From: Octopus sinensis
Lineage: Eukaryota
Direction of reading: 5' to 3'
Length of the DNA: 64,000 bases
Assembly (NCBI RefSeq): GCF_006345805.1
Contig: NC_043026.1
Location: forward strand, 7,812,001-7,876,000
Positions 1 through 12,199 of the stretch are shown piece by piece (the first letter of the stretch is position 1; the number at the start of each line of letters is the position of its first letter). A program made the position numbers and the translations under genes. The notes under the pieces were generated by a model that worked only from the letters and a program-made list of their open reading frames with translations, had not been told where the DNA came from and ran no database searches.

Positions 1-1190
1 CAATTCATTGCACTAATTATATTTCAAAATGACCACCTTTCAACTTGATCATAGCTTGCAAACGAGTGGTTTAATGAGCGCTGTACTACCTCTTCATGCA
101 ACTTGACTCATGAAGACAGAAGAGCTTTCTTCAGATCTGAAACATTTGAATAGGAACAAACAGAAACATTTCTGCCTAAGTTGGACCAGATAGCAAAGTC
201 CATGGGATTGATGTTTGGACTTTCAGGGAGGCCATATCGCCTTGTCTCAAAAACCATTGCAATGCTCTTTGTACAACCTCTGTGTCAAATGTGATATGTG
301 GGCTGGAGCCCTGTCTTGTCTGAAGATGTAATGGTCACCAAAGGTTTCTGTGATCCAGATTAACATGTTCTCATTCACCATTCCCTCATAAACTTCACTG
401 TTGACCATGACGCCAGCATCGATGAAGGTCAAAGGAGACTTGGACCCATCAGATGCAACTGCAGTCCACACCATGAGTGAAGCTGGCTTCTGACGGCATA
501 AATGACTCCTGCTACCTTTGGGCAAGTCTCCTGCATTATGTACATAAAACCTGTCATCTGTTTGTTGGTCACTGCCTCCATGGTGAAGATCTTCGCATTG
601 GACCAGATCAACACTTTGTCAGTGGCATTCTTCATCTCATTTAACATGGGTTTACCCCCTGTTGAGCCATTTCTTCTCAGAAGCTGCTGAAATGAACTGC
701 CAGGATTGTTTCTTGTTTGCAGTTAGCTTTAAATTCTCTTTAAAAATCTGTGCATTGGCAATTTCGAAATATCAAGCGCCATTGCAGTTTTCTTTGAACT
801 CCTTTGGGGATTTCAGTTCATTTGCTTCTTCACAGCTTCAACAGTTTGTTTGGTTTCAATTGATCATTTCCTACCAGGAATTGGCTTGCTAGAGGTAGTA
901 GTGGACTCCATATATCATTTCTAGATATTGGACACTGTTTTACAACACACATTCAACTGTTTGGTTCTGTCCTTGTTGCTCACTCCAGCTGTTTTCTAAG
1001 CAGCAATCTGGTTATGTTTCACTTTCGACACCATCTTTGCTTACAAACCTATTCCAGACGAATGAAACAAGAGACACATTAACAAAAGACATTTGCAAAA
1101 CTTTATGTAAAGATGCAGATAATATTACTTGAACCCATATATTCTTTAGGAAGAGTTTTAAACATGGATAAATCTTTCTGGGACACCCTG
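1..1190 (-). mobile_element. Degenerate Tc1/mariner-superfamily (maT/DD37D-like) transposon; other end outside the window
   Basis: Frameshifted transposase pieces (IWSNAKIF, LMVWTAVASDG, YIFRQDRAPAH, C-terminal GGHFE near 20-37); terminus cagggtgtcc followed by TA at 1191-1192. Confidence 0.8.
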
Positions 1191-1244
1191 TACACATGCA
1201 CACACAGATTCCTTCATATATCCTTTTCGCTTTCCACTGTTCAG

Positions 1245-1385
1245 TCTATGGCAGCTCTTCTGCGTCCATTTGGTACTTGTGCAGACTTTTTAAACCCTTC
1301 GGTGATGTTGGATATTCTGGCCCCAGGTTTAAAGAAGGCCATCAAATATGTTCAGAGTTTGGAAGAGAAAGACTTTAAAGAAAAG
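1245..1385 (+). CDS. USP24: USP24 exon (SMAALLRPFGTCADFLN...EEKDFKEK)
   Basis: ttcag acceptor, AAG|gtaagt donor, 141 nt, phase 0-0. Confidence 0.92.
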
Positions 1386-1849
1386 GTAAGTCAGTCTCTT
1401 GTTTGCATCTGATTGAATGAAGGACCTGAGATGAGGACTGAGAATTGCATGACCAGGCAGTGTGTGGTCCCTACACATATTGGGGATACCTTTTATGGAT
1501 GGGGTCATGAAGGACTTCAACTACAGGGGTAATTGTTGTTGTTTTGCTCTTGGTCATTAGTGATTAGACAGGTCTTTGAAGAAAGATTTGCCAGCCACGA
1601 CTATCCCATCGTTTAGGAGTATTAAAGGTGACAGGATGTAATGTGTCCTTTGTCATTAGAAACTTTTTGGTGTGATTTTATAAAAATTTGGCTGTTCTTT
1701 CTAGCAGGTTGAATAACCACATAGAGGCTCACTCATTAACAACGTAATTACCTACTGCTAATTAATTGATTGTGGTTTTTTTTTCTTTTTACATTAGTGT
1801 GGTTTGAATGAAATTAGATAGGCCTTATAACCTTTGAATTCCTTTCAAT

Positions 1850-2260
1850 ACTGTGACGTTGATGTTAGCATTCCTCTTTATCTGTTGGGTATGGGTCACC
1901 AAGTGGCAGGCAGTTCCAGCAGGATGACATTCACAAGAGGAAGGACTGGGCCTGGTGGTTAGTGCAAGACCTAGGAAGTTGTGGACACAATATAAGGCAC
2001 GGGAAGATGGAAAATAAGTGGGTTGAGAGTATCTGAGTGGATGTTGCACAAAACGAGCAAGTTCCAAGGAGCAGAAACCACTGTAGTAGCAGTAGAAAAG
2101 GCACAGCGAGGAGACACAGCAAGAGTGTGGTCCAGATGTTGAAGTGTGTTGGTGAAGGATGTTTGACCAATCAGTCATTGGTTTTTTGTCCAGAAAGGAT
2201 CTAACTTGTTTGTGGAGCAGTCCTTCATTGTGGACCTCAGCTAACGTTTGTGGAGGGTTC
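1850..2260 (-). mobile_element. Highly decayed coding relic, possibly Penelope-like (region between RT and GIY-YIG)
   Basis: Minus-strand relic with a Cys-rich spacer (PSPSSCEC..GTAC) resembling the PLE linker; heavily mutated. Confidence 0.35.
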
Positions 2261-2978
2261 ATTTATTGGCTTTGAAAAGAAGGGTCAGTGTTTATGATGT
2301 GAGAAGTTGGAAAAGATAAGGGTTTCCTTCTTGTGTGCCTTGTCAAGTTGACAAACAACGTGGTCATGATCTGTTGGATCAGGTGCGACCTGGTGCTAAA
2401 CAGCAACAAGGAAGGATATCTTAGATAATGTAGTCCTAGATACATTATGACTGACTAAAAGATGGGATGGTCATAGCTGGGTTAAATAACAAGCTCCCTA
2501 GACAAGTAGTGTGTCTTTGAGAGAAGATAAGAGAATTTTTTGATGTTTTCTTTTCAGTTTTTATTTTATCTGTTGCTCCAGCTTGTCATCTAAAAAGAGA
2601 CATTTTCACCAATTTGCTACAAAGTTCAGAATGTAAAGGACCTAAAGAAACACCAGACAACATTTTGTCAATCTTGTGCCATGGAATGTTACTTTATATT
2701 ATTGACTCCTGAAAAGAATGAAAATTAAGCTGACCTCAGCCAGATTTGAACTCAGGATGTTGCTATAACAAAAAGCACAAAGTATTTTGTCCAGCTAATT
2801 CCATGAAAGATAGTAATTCCATACTATCTTTAACATTTATTGACCTGACACAGAGCACGGACACTATAATAACATTTGAGTCTGCGTTTCTTTTACTTGT
2901 CTCTTATTTTCCATGTTTTATTTGAATATAACGAGAATTTCTGCTAATTACTTTTATTAATTTCGTTTTGGTCCACAG

Positions 2979-3137
2979 AAAGTTGGCAGTGTTTCTGAGT
3001 TACTGGCTTCCATGAAGCTTTTATGTATGACTATGTGGCCCCAGGATGTGGAAGCTGTTGATGATCTGCGATTGGATGTGGCACTCCGAATGCTCAAATC
3101 TCCTCACTTTAATGCCAAAATGAATTCCCTAAAAGAG
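2979..3137 (+). CDS. USP24: USP24 exon (KVGSVSELL...LRMLKSPHFNAKMNSLKE)
   Basis: cacag acceptor, GAG|gtaaca donor, 159 nt, phase 0-0; strong motif match. Confidence 0.95.
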
Positions 3138-3659
3138 GTAACACATTAAATTTTCCACAATAGTCTGAGGGTGTTTTTCATAACTGATACAATGTGACAC
3201 CATGGTGCATCACAAGGTCTGCTAAAGATTATTATTAAAATTATCATTATAATTATTATTTCCCTGCACACATAAGCAAAAGCAGGGTTGTTTATCTTTG
3301 TGTGTTTGCAAAATTACTGGAAAACAGTCAAATGGATTTTTACCAAATTTGGCAGAAATAATTATTGGGTGAGTGGCTTGAAATGGTTTATCTTCAAACA
3401 TACATAAATACATACATAGATATGCAACTCTGTGTGTGTGTACACTGATGGGTTTAAGGGTTTCGTTTATTTATGAGTTGAATTCTTAATTTCACCGGAG
3501 TATAAATGCCTATAATTGTGATACTTAAAAAAAAAAAATGAATTCAGTTCAATTAAAAAGCATGGGTAAGCAACACATTGTAAGCCACACTATAATTTGC
3601 GAAAAAATTTATCTGTGTGCAAGGTATGCATTGCCCCCTCCAATGCCTTTTTTTTTAAT

Positions 3660-3754
3660 TATTATTAAAATAATAATTTAAGGCATTAACAAGTCCTAAA
3701 ATGACAAATGTCATTTAAGGACTTGTTAATGCCTTAAATTATGATTTTAATAAT
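3660..3754. repeat. ~95-bp near-perfect palindrome
   Basis: aatttaaggcattaacaagtcctaaaatgaca-aa-tgtcatttaaggacttgttaatgccttaaatt, with extending AT arms. Confidence 0.9.
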
Positions 3755-4838
3755 TAAAATAATTATGATAATAATTGTAAGTTTCTGTCACACAGACATT
3801 AAAAAAGCAATGCTAGGTGTAGTTTTATATTTCTTTTTAATGAAATTTTAAACTTTAAAACAATTTTTAACTGAATCTTCGCATGTGAACTGCTTTTCTG
3901 TCCAGTGTGTTTTGAAGTCTAAATCAGTGGGAACTGCTGACCTGAAGCTTAAAATTCTTTTGTTCTTTAATTTGATTCAAATAAATGAAATTTATAATGA
4001 GAGAAATGACAGCCTTTTTAGAAGATCATTTATTGTAGTTCAGAAATAAGGATTTAAAAAAATAAATGTTATGTTGGGGATGGTTCTTCTGATACAAGTT
4101 GCGGTGTGGAGTAAGAAGAGAAGTTTAGATCCCATGGCCTGGTGATGGTAGCATTCTGAAGCCCTGAGTTTTGCCATATAAAGTGCTGAGGATGACCTGA
4201 TGAAGATCTCAGTTGGCCTTCTAAACACCTGAGTGTTTTTTTTTATTTTATAAAAAAAGTCCTGAAGAGGCAAGAAGCCATGTAGTGTAAGGGACTCTAA
4301 AGAAGGAGAAATTAAGATGAAAGGAATGAATTTAGTTAAGACTTGAAAGGAGAAGGAAAACAATGAGATGGGGGAGAGTTTTAAAGTCTGGCAGTTTGGA
4401 GAAAGAGGCCATGACCAAATAAAAATTTTTCATAATTCATGGAAGCACAACAGCATCTGCATGAAGACGAGCTTTGAGTCAGGTGAGATGGCCCAAAGTG
4501 ATCTGGAATTAAGGGAAGAAGTTCATCAGAGCACTTCCTGTGGCAATACGACATTTGAAGGGGGGGAAAAAATCATTAAACTGGAATGTATTTTTGTTGT
4601 TTTTTTTTATATTTAAATCTTTTCAACTTTCTGTGAATTTCAGAAACATCTTTTTGTGTATTTAAATATATATTCATATATTACTTAATTTACATTTGTA
4701 ATTATTAAAAGTAAGTATGTCATGCTGCTGTAGATGTATTATTATCTCTATCTCAGGTGACAGCTCTACACACCCTGACAACCCAACCATGACTCTAACC
4801 CCGGTACAGTCTGTTCTTACCTCTGCTTACCTTTCCAG

Positions 4839-4950
4839 GTCTCCAAACTCATTGACGATGCCACAGTCAGTAAGTTAAAGACTGCCATTCACTCGGACAG
4901 AATTCTCAACTTTTTGGTTGACAAACGTGTGCTGGCCATCGCCCTAGAGG
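4839..4950 (+). CDS. USP24: USP24 exon (VSKLIDDATV...VLAIALE-G)
   Basis: ttccag acceptor, G|gtaagt donor, 112 nt, phase 0-1. Confidence 0.93.
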
Positions 4951-5727
4951 GTAAGTTCCCTGTCTTTGCTTGTTCTTCAACCCAGCCATGACCATTCCAT
5001 CTTTTATTCAGACATAAGTGTATCTAGAACTACATTATCTAATATGGCCTTCCTTGTTGTTGATGTTGTTTAGCCCTAGATCAGTTTTTATCTAACAGAC
5101 CCATGATCAAAGGTGTTCCAGCCATGACTATCTCATTTTTTCCAACATAAATGTATTTAAGACTACACTATCATGGCTAATTTCATCTGATACTTCATTT
5201 TATTGACCCCAGAAAAGATGAAAGGCAAGGTTAAGCTCAGTAGGATTTGAACTTAGAACGTAAAGAACCAGTAGAAATGCCATTCAGCCTTTTTGCTTGG
5301 AAATGCTAATAATTCTGCCAGTAGAAGAAGAAGAATCCTTTCTACTGTAGAGGTACAAGGCCTGAAATATTGGGGTGGAGGGTGAAGTCAGTTACATTAA
5401 ACCCAATACTAACTGATTTTTGTTTTGTTGACTCAGAAAGGACGAAAGCAAAGATTGACTTACATGGAATTTTAACTCAGAATCTAAAACTGGACGAAAT
5501 GCTGCCTGGTGTGCTAACCATTCTGCCAGCTCACTGCCTTGATGATGATGATGATGATGATTGTTTCTAATTTAAGTTCATAGGACAGCAGTTTTGAGGG
5601 GAGGTGTTTATTAATGTCATTGACCCTTATGCGTGACTGGTACTTTATTTTATTGACCCCAGAAACATATTAAGTCTTATTTCAGGAGAGAATCTAACAC
5701 GTTTTTTTATTTGATTTTTCTTCACAG

Positions 5728-5831
5728 GAAACATTGATCAAGCTCAATATTGTGATAAAGTGAAAGGTATTGTGGACTTTTTAGGATCCAAACTGTCTTT
5801 GGATGAACTGACAATGATTTGGAAGATGCAG
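5728..5831 (+). CDS. USP24: USP24 exon (GNIDQAQYCDKVKGIV...IWKMQ)
   Basis: cacag acceptor, CAG|gtaaat donor, 104 nt, phase 1-0. Confidence 0.95.
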
Positions 5832-6419
5832 GTAAATAGAAGGGGTGGCGTTTCACTGCCACCATCACCATGTCATTAGTTTTTGTTTCATCTCGTTAAT
5901 TCTGTCTCTCTTTTGAAATCCCTCGTTATATCCAATTCACTCAAACAAAAAACACTCATCAATTTCATGCTGCTCCCACTGTTTACTGTCACCTATTTAC
6001 AGTGTCTGTGATGTCTTGTGATTCTCCTGAAGAAAAGACAAATCTGTTGGTTACATAGACAAGATTTCATGGTCACCCTGACAGTTGTTGTCTTTGCTTC
6101 ACCCTCCTCTTTTTTGTGGTGTCTTTACACGTCTCCAAATTCTTTTTATCATTTCTTGGTCCTAAATCTTCAGGGTTTTGGGGACCCTTTAACATGTTGG
6201 AGTCAGTTTCTGAAATCTTCACACGATCCACAGTTATAGGTGTTGTTTTGTAAAGAAACATGAGTGTGTATAGTTAAGAAATTTATTTTCCAACCTCATA
6301 GTTTCAAGTTCAATCCCACTGTATGGAATTTTGGGCAAGTCTCTTCTAGTGTGGGCTTTGACTGAAAAACCTTGCAATTGTATTTGGTTGATGGAAAACG
6401 AAAGGAGTTTGGGGCAGTG

Positions 6420-6715
6420 ACAGGTGACCGAGACCTTTGGTGATATACTTTATTTAGTGTTTGAGAAAAGCCGTCGAGCCAAGTGAGATTGTGGTTGTGG
6501 CTGGTGCCAGTGTTGCGTTAGTGGCACATAAAAAGCACTGAATACACTCTCAGAATGGTTGGCGTAAGGAAGGGCATCCAACCATAGAAACCCTGCCAAA
6601 TCACACAGGCACCATATAATCTGCTTTTCACTCTGAGGGAGAGGCCCTTTGTTGTCAGCAGAAGCAGGAGCTCTCTAAACTTTGCCCAGCCTAATCTGAT
6701 TCTCACAGCTATAAC
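6420..6715. mobile_element. Rearranged RTE LINE fragments (3' UTR on +, RT C-terminal piece on -)
   Basis: Minus ORF RIRLGWAKFRELL..LTTKGLSLRVKSRLY matches the RTE copy at 12732-13628; + strand ggttggcgtaaggaagggcatcc tail motif. Confidence 0.75.
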
Positions 6716-7209
6716 GTCAAATGGCTGGAGGTTTTTGAACAAGTTATATTGTACATAGAAAATACACTCCCTAGCTTACTGTTTAAATGTCACTTTTTTG
6801 TCTGATAATTTGATACCCGAGTTCTCTGGTATAACACTTCATTCTTATGTATTGCAACCATTATAAACATCGTCATTCATAAAACCAGCCACACCTGGAT
6901 GAAACTAGTGATGTAACATTTAGATGAAATATCACACCAGATTTTGTCTCTAATTTGTATTACAAATTCTTTTAATGTAGTTGTGCATTTTCACCCATAT
7001 TTTGTTAATATTCAAATATATGTGTGTGTGTGAGTGTTATTTCTCTGTCTGAAGAATGTCTAATTGGAAATTCCTTATATGTTTAACATGAGAAACCTTG
7101 TAGCTCCTATTAGCAAATGAAACGTGTGTAATGGTGAATAAATAATGCCAGTAAATTTTCCCTGCATAGATAAATATAATGTGTGATAATCTTGTTGTTA
7201 TTGCTGCAG

Positions 7210-7317
7210 AATGGCCAGTCTAACAATGTGATAGAGAACATCTACTCCATCATAGCCGCTGCAGCTGTGAAGTTTGATGCTCAACAGTTAGAACAGTTGT
7301 TCTTCCTCATACAAAAG
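7210..7317 (+). CDS. USP24: USP24 exon (NGQSNNVIENIYSIIAAAAVKF...LIQK)
   Basis: ctgcag acceptor, AAG|gttagt donor, 108 nt, phase 0-0. Confidence 0.95.
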
Positions 7318-7513
7318 GTTAGTTGCCTTCTCCCATTCTCTCTCTCTCAGTTGTCTGTCTGTCTCTCTTTCTTGTTCAGTTGTCTCCCCCTCCCCACTGT
7401 GTGTCTATGTAGCAACTTGCTCCACTGTCTTTCTTCTTCCCATGTATCTCCGTTGAAATGACCACAGTTTTCTCTCTGTCCTGTATTCTGTTTCTTCCCT
7501 TCTACTTTTACAG

Positions 7514-7609
7514 AAATGGCAGGACGACAATGACCGTGTCCGAGAGAAATTATTGAGTCTCATTGGCAAGATTGGTAAAGACGCTCGTGTTACCAAAACT
7601 ACAACACGG
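7514..7609 (+). CDS. USP24: USP24 exon (KWQDDNDRVREKLLSLIGKIGKDAR...TR)
   Basis: ttacag acceptor, CGG|gtcagt donor, 96 nt, phase 0-0. Confidence 0.93.
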
Positions 7610-8364
7610 GTCAGTAATTCTTACACATTGTTGCAAGATTAATTATCGTTTGTTTATTTCTCTTCCAGTCTAGCATGGAGTTGACCAACATAATATTGGA
7701 GGCATTGTTTTACTGACAGGGGACCCTTCCTGTTGCTAACCCTTACCTGTTTTGCAAGGAGAGGTTCTCTTACTCCAAATTTCTCTCAAAGCACAAAGGG
7801 AGCAGGGGATTTGTTGATGGGAAATGGTAGCAGTGTCATAGGACCCAGTTCAGGGCTTAAAGGAGAAATGCAAATTGAAACTAACATGCACACACACACG
7901 CACACACACAAATGCAATGAAGCGTGAAAGAAAGAAAAGGACAAGACAGAGGGACATGGTTAAAGAAATCCTGTATTAGTTTAATGTTTAAAAGAAAGGA
8001 AAGAGTTTTCTGACATTTCATTCATTAGTCCTTCATAAGAAGGAGATGAGAAAAAGAAAAAAAGTTGATGAGAGAAAGAAAGAAATGAATGAGAAATTAG
8101 CAGCAGATGGAAATATATTTGTGTGTGTGTGTATTTATATCTCAACCTTTCACTTAGGCATTGTGATGCTAACAGCCTGGTGTTAGAACCCAATATACAC
8201 ATGCTTTAGTATGAAGCGTCAGTCAAATGCAGAATGGTAATAATTGGGACGATGAAGGAAATAATTATGTTAGGAACTTCATTAGTTTACAGCTGTTTAT
8301 GCTACGCACACACACACATTAATACATAGATATATGTACACATAAGCATGTGTATATATATATA

Positions 8365-9883
8365 CTAGCATTATGACCCGGCGTTGCCGGGTCATACTAC
8401 AAGTGCATATATATATGTTTACATATTACATGTACATCTATATATATATATATATATATACATCTACACATAAAATACAAAGTTATATCTTGATATCGCT
8501 AGTGATAACAATACTCAAAATATATAACAAACTGGAATTGTAGGCCCCCTCTTGCAATTTCGATCAATTGTATCTTGTCCTCCCTTTTGTATAGAAGTGT
8601 GGCTACAATCCAGCCTATCTCTACTTCTGGTGGGGACATTTTTAATTTTTATTCGGGATGTCCTACGTCCCAGATATAAAGGTAAAAATAAAATATTTCC
8701 ACTTTGCAAGGTTCGAGAACCTTGCTTCTATTGTGGCGAATTTACCGCCTCTGGTTAGATACTTGATATCTTTCATAGTTGCACCAAGACACTTTTCAAT
8801 GGTGCTTTCCTCCAGGTGTTCAAATCGTTTTTTTTCTCTAGATTGTATACTTTATAGGCAATAGTCTTTTCTTTAATTTTATTTTTTATTTCGTTTGGTG
8901 GTGTTATCCTAGATTCACCGTCTTTGTTGGTGATCAATCCGAAATAGGTTTGTATTTCTTCTATTTCAATTTTAATGAGTTCGCCGCCCGCCGATGGCTG
9001 CAGCGAAATTCATTTTTGTACTTTCTTCTATCGAAGACATTTTAACAAAAATGCTTCCGTGTAAACTGAAAATATTGTCAATTTCCCCAAACAGGGACAC
9101 AATTCAATTTTTAAACAATAACCAAAGCTCCTTCTCCCAAAGGGGGAGGATTACGGTTTACAATTATTTAACAAATGCAACACAACAACGCTTCCCTTAC
9201 GAGGAACCAACAAACGTGATAACAATAGTTAAACAGAAATAATAACAACAACAAACCTTACAGTAAACCAAAAAGCAGTACTCTGTTGAAGCTATAGGCT
9301 TTTATGGATCAGAAATAAACCAACAGCGGTACTCAGTAGAAGCATCTTTCTAGAAAATAGACATTACATACAGCCAAACTTCATATAGATACTTAATGCT
9401 AGCTAATTAGCAAATAATCTAATGTAAAAGCCGTGCACACCTTCATTTTATTTTTTATTTATTCCCATTCATGTGAAACCACTGATTCAAGTTCAAGTCA
9501 TTGATGCAATTTTATACCAATTGCTATTTTTACTTTTGTTATGTTACGATAATATTATACTTTAGTTTGATTTTAATTATTACTTACTACATATAATTCA
9601 ATTGTTATTATTTTTATTGTTAAAGTGAATGCATCTGACATAAAATAGAGAAATGTTTTTGTTTCACTTTTAACACGTAATACTGAAATAGTGGAGATGA
9701 TATGATATTGCTATGGGCTTGCTCTAGGTAAGAAGTTGAACATTTTTTTTCCCATGAAACTACATGGACCCTAAGTAAGGCATGTGTAAAATTTGAATGA
9801 AATTGGTTGTGTAGTTCTCAAGTTTTAGGGAAACACACAGACAGACAGACAGACACACATTCTCAGTTTTATATGTATAGAGA
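8365..9883 (-). mobile_element. Non-autonomous Helitron (~1.5 kb)
   Basis: On the - strand: 5' TC(TCTATACATATAAAA) followed by (TCTG)n, a subterminal hairpin tatgacccggc-aac-gccgggtcata (8372-8396) and 3' CTAG; inserted between A and T. Confidence 0.85.
8515..9040 (-). pseudogene. Frameshifted ORF1-like fragment (possibly Tx1/L1 clade) inside the Helitron
   Basis: MSSIEESTKMNFAAAIGG...KYLTRGGKFATIEARF...FLPLYLGRRTSRIKIKNVP(PEVEIGWIVATLL) across frameshifts; resembles RRM-type ORF1 motifs. Confidence 0.5.
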
Positions 9884-10989
9884 TATATATACATATCTGT
9901 GTGTGTCTTTGTGTTTTTCTCTCCATCACCACTTGACAGCTGGTGTTGGTTTGTTTATATCTCTAACTTGATTTGACCAAAGAGACCAATAGAATAAGGA
10001 AAGGGAAAACTGCTCCCCGTACAAAGAGGAAGAATTGCAGAGGGGAAGGTGGAGGTAGATGACTGAATGCCAGGTGTCAAAAGGCTAACGAGGTATGATA
10101 GAAAGGCAAGCACAGGTATCATGTTATAAGGGGGAAATAATGGCTGACGGAGATGAGAGGAAGGTAGCGATTGGGTGTTGGAGCAAACTGTCAAAGAACA
10201 AGAAACAGGAAGGTGATTGTAAGAGATGACGGTGGATCATGGAAGGGAATGAGAGTGTGAATGGGGAGTAACAGAGACTATGGGGTTAGGGTTGAATATA
10301 GTGAGGGATGAACAAGGCTTCGGAGTGTGGGATAATATTTTACACTTTGTACAGGAGTTTTAAATGCTTTGGTTTATATGTGATGAGGGTGAAGAAAAGC
10401 CTTTTCTCACCTGGATGTCAACAAATGTGGTTAGTTTATAAGAAAACAACCATTATTTGGACATTTGATTGAAGCTGATCCTTTCTAATGCAAATATTTC
10501 AGTTGTTCTTGTGTGTCCTCACCTGCAGGGACACTATTTAAGAGGCTTCGATTAATAATGAAATGGTTGTTATGGTTTGCTTCTACAAAATGGACAAAAT
10601 CTTTTGTAGGAAACACTAAAACAATTTGATCTCACAGCGAAGTAATGTAGGGAGCAATTTTATGGGCTCTGATTTTGAGCAAGAGGTGGGCTAATGGTCA
10701 GCATTTGTTGTTTGAAGACGTCAGTGACTTGATGGGAAACTTCACAAAACTCATTTCTAATTATCTCCAGAGATTTGAGTTATGAATTGTGGGAGACCTT
10801 CAGATCTTAGGGTGGTGACAGTGGCTTTTGGGCTCAGTCTTGACTAGGTGCACTAAATAAGGGTTACACATAACACACGAATGCTCTCACTGTCACACAC
10901 CTCCACCCACCATCACACCACCTCACCCTCACCACAAACCCAACATAAAATGCATTTTGTTTATGTTTCTCTAATGTTGTTGCTTTCAG

Positions 10990-11151
10990 GTGTTAGAGTT
11001 GTTGTGGGACCTGTCTCACCTACCTGCCCTTTCTACCCACCTCATAGAACAAGCTCTTAACGAGCACCTGCTCATTCTCAGTGATTCTTACATCGTCAAG
11101 GAACAAGTGAAGCGACATTATGTGATGAAGTGTGTGGAAGACATTAAGAAG
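10990..11151 (+). CDS. USP24: USP24 exon (VLELLWDLSHLPAL...KCVEDIKK)
   Basis: tttcag acceptor, AAG|gtatgt donor, 162 nt, phase 0-0. Confidence 0.95.
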
Positions 11152-11747
11152 GTATGTATAAATTTACACCAGGATATTGTAGGATCAAACCCTACCTATG
11201 TATGTAGCTGTGTAGTTTAGAAGGCCCTTACACTATCCATCACCATCATCATCATTTCCTTTTCCCCTTTCTACTGCTACTCTTCTGGTCTCTGTTCCTT
11301 ACAGGGAGCTGGTCTGGGGTCATATTTACACTGTCCCCTCTCTTCCTTGCCATTCATTCTTTTCTCTTCTTTCTATCACTTGTGCTATTAACCTTACCCA
11401 CTGATCCAAGACTAACCACTGTTCACAGTCCTTCTTCCCTAAAGTATTATCCCTCTGGAATTCTCTCCCTGCACATGTCTCTTCTTCAAAATGTGAATGT
11501 CTTTGGCCTCAGAAACCTGCCATGTGTGTTGCACCTTCCTCTAGATTTAGTTTGGAACATGATTAAAGGGGATATTTTGTCTTAAGTACATATTGCACCG
11601 TGAACCATTGCACCGTGAACCATAAAAGGGTTAAATGTTCACAAAAGCATGGTATCATGTTCAATCCCTCTGCAAGACACCTTGGACCCAGGGCCAACAA
11701 CTGCCTTGGGAGATGGAAACTGTAAGCCTGTCATTTTTATATTTATA

Positions 11748-11920
11748 GGCACAGGCATGGTGGTGTGGTGAGAAGCTTACTTTCCAAATATGGATCTGGG
11801 TTCAGTCCCACTGTGTGGCATCTTGGGCAAGTGTCATCTACTATAGCCTCAGGCTGGCCAAAACCTTGTGAGTGGGTTTGGTAGACGGAAACTGAAAGAA
11901 GCCTGTCGTATATATGTATA

Positions 11921-11951
<31 letters not shown>

Positions 11952-12185
11952 TTATTTATTTGTGTGTCTTTGTGTCTATTTGTATCCCCACCATTGCTTG
12001 ACAACCAATGTTGGTGTGTTTACATCACTGTAATGTAGCAGTTCAGCAAAAGTAACCGATAGAATAAATACTAGACTTACAAAGAATAAGTCCTGGGGTT
12101 TGTTGATTTGTTCAACTAAAACCCTTTCAGGTGATGTTCCATCATAGCTGCAGTCAAATGGCTTTAACATGTAAAAGAATAAAAG
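11748..12185 (+). mobile_element. tRNA-derived SINE, family A (internal TA/TG microsatellite)
   Basis: A-box/B-box-like tggtggtgtggt...gggttcagtcccact, conserved body ggcaagtgtc..actatagcct..ccttgtgagtgg; related copies near 6270, 22685, 30000(-), 31540(-), 36850, 51850, 53480(-). Confidence 0.75.
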
Positions 12186-12199
12186 TATATATATATATA

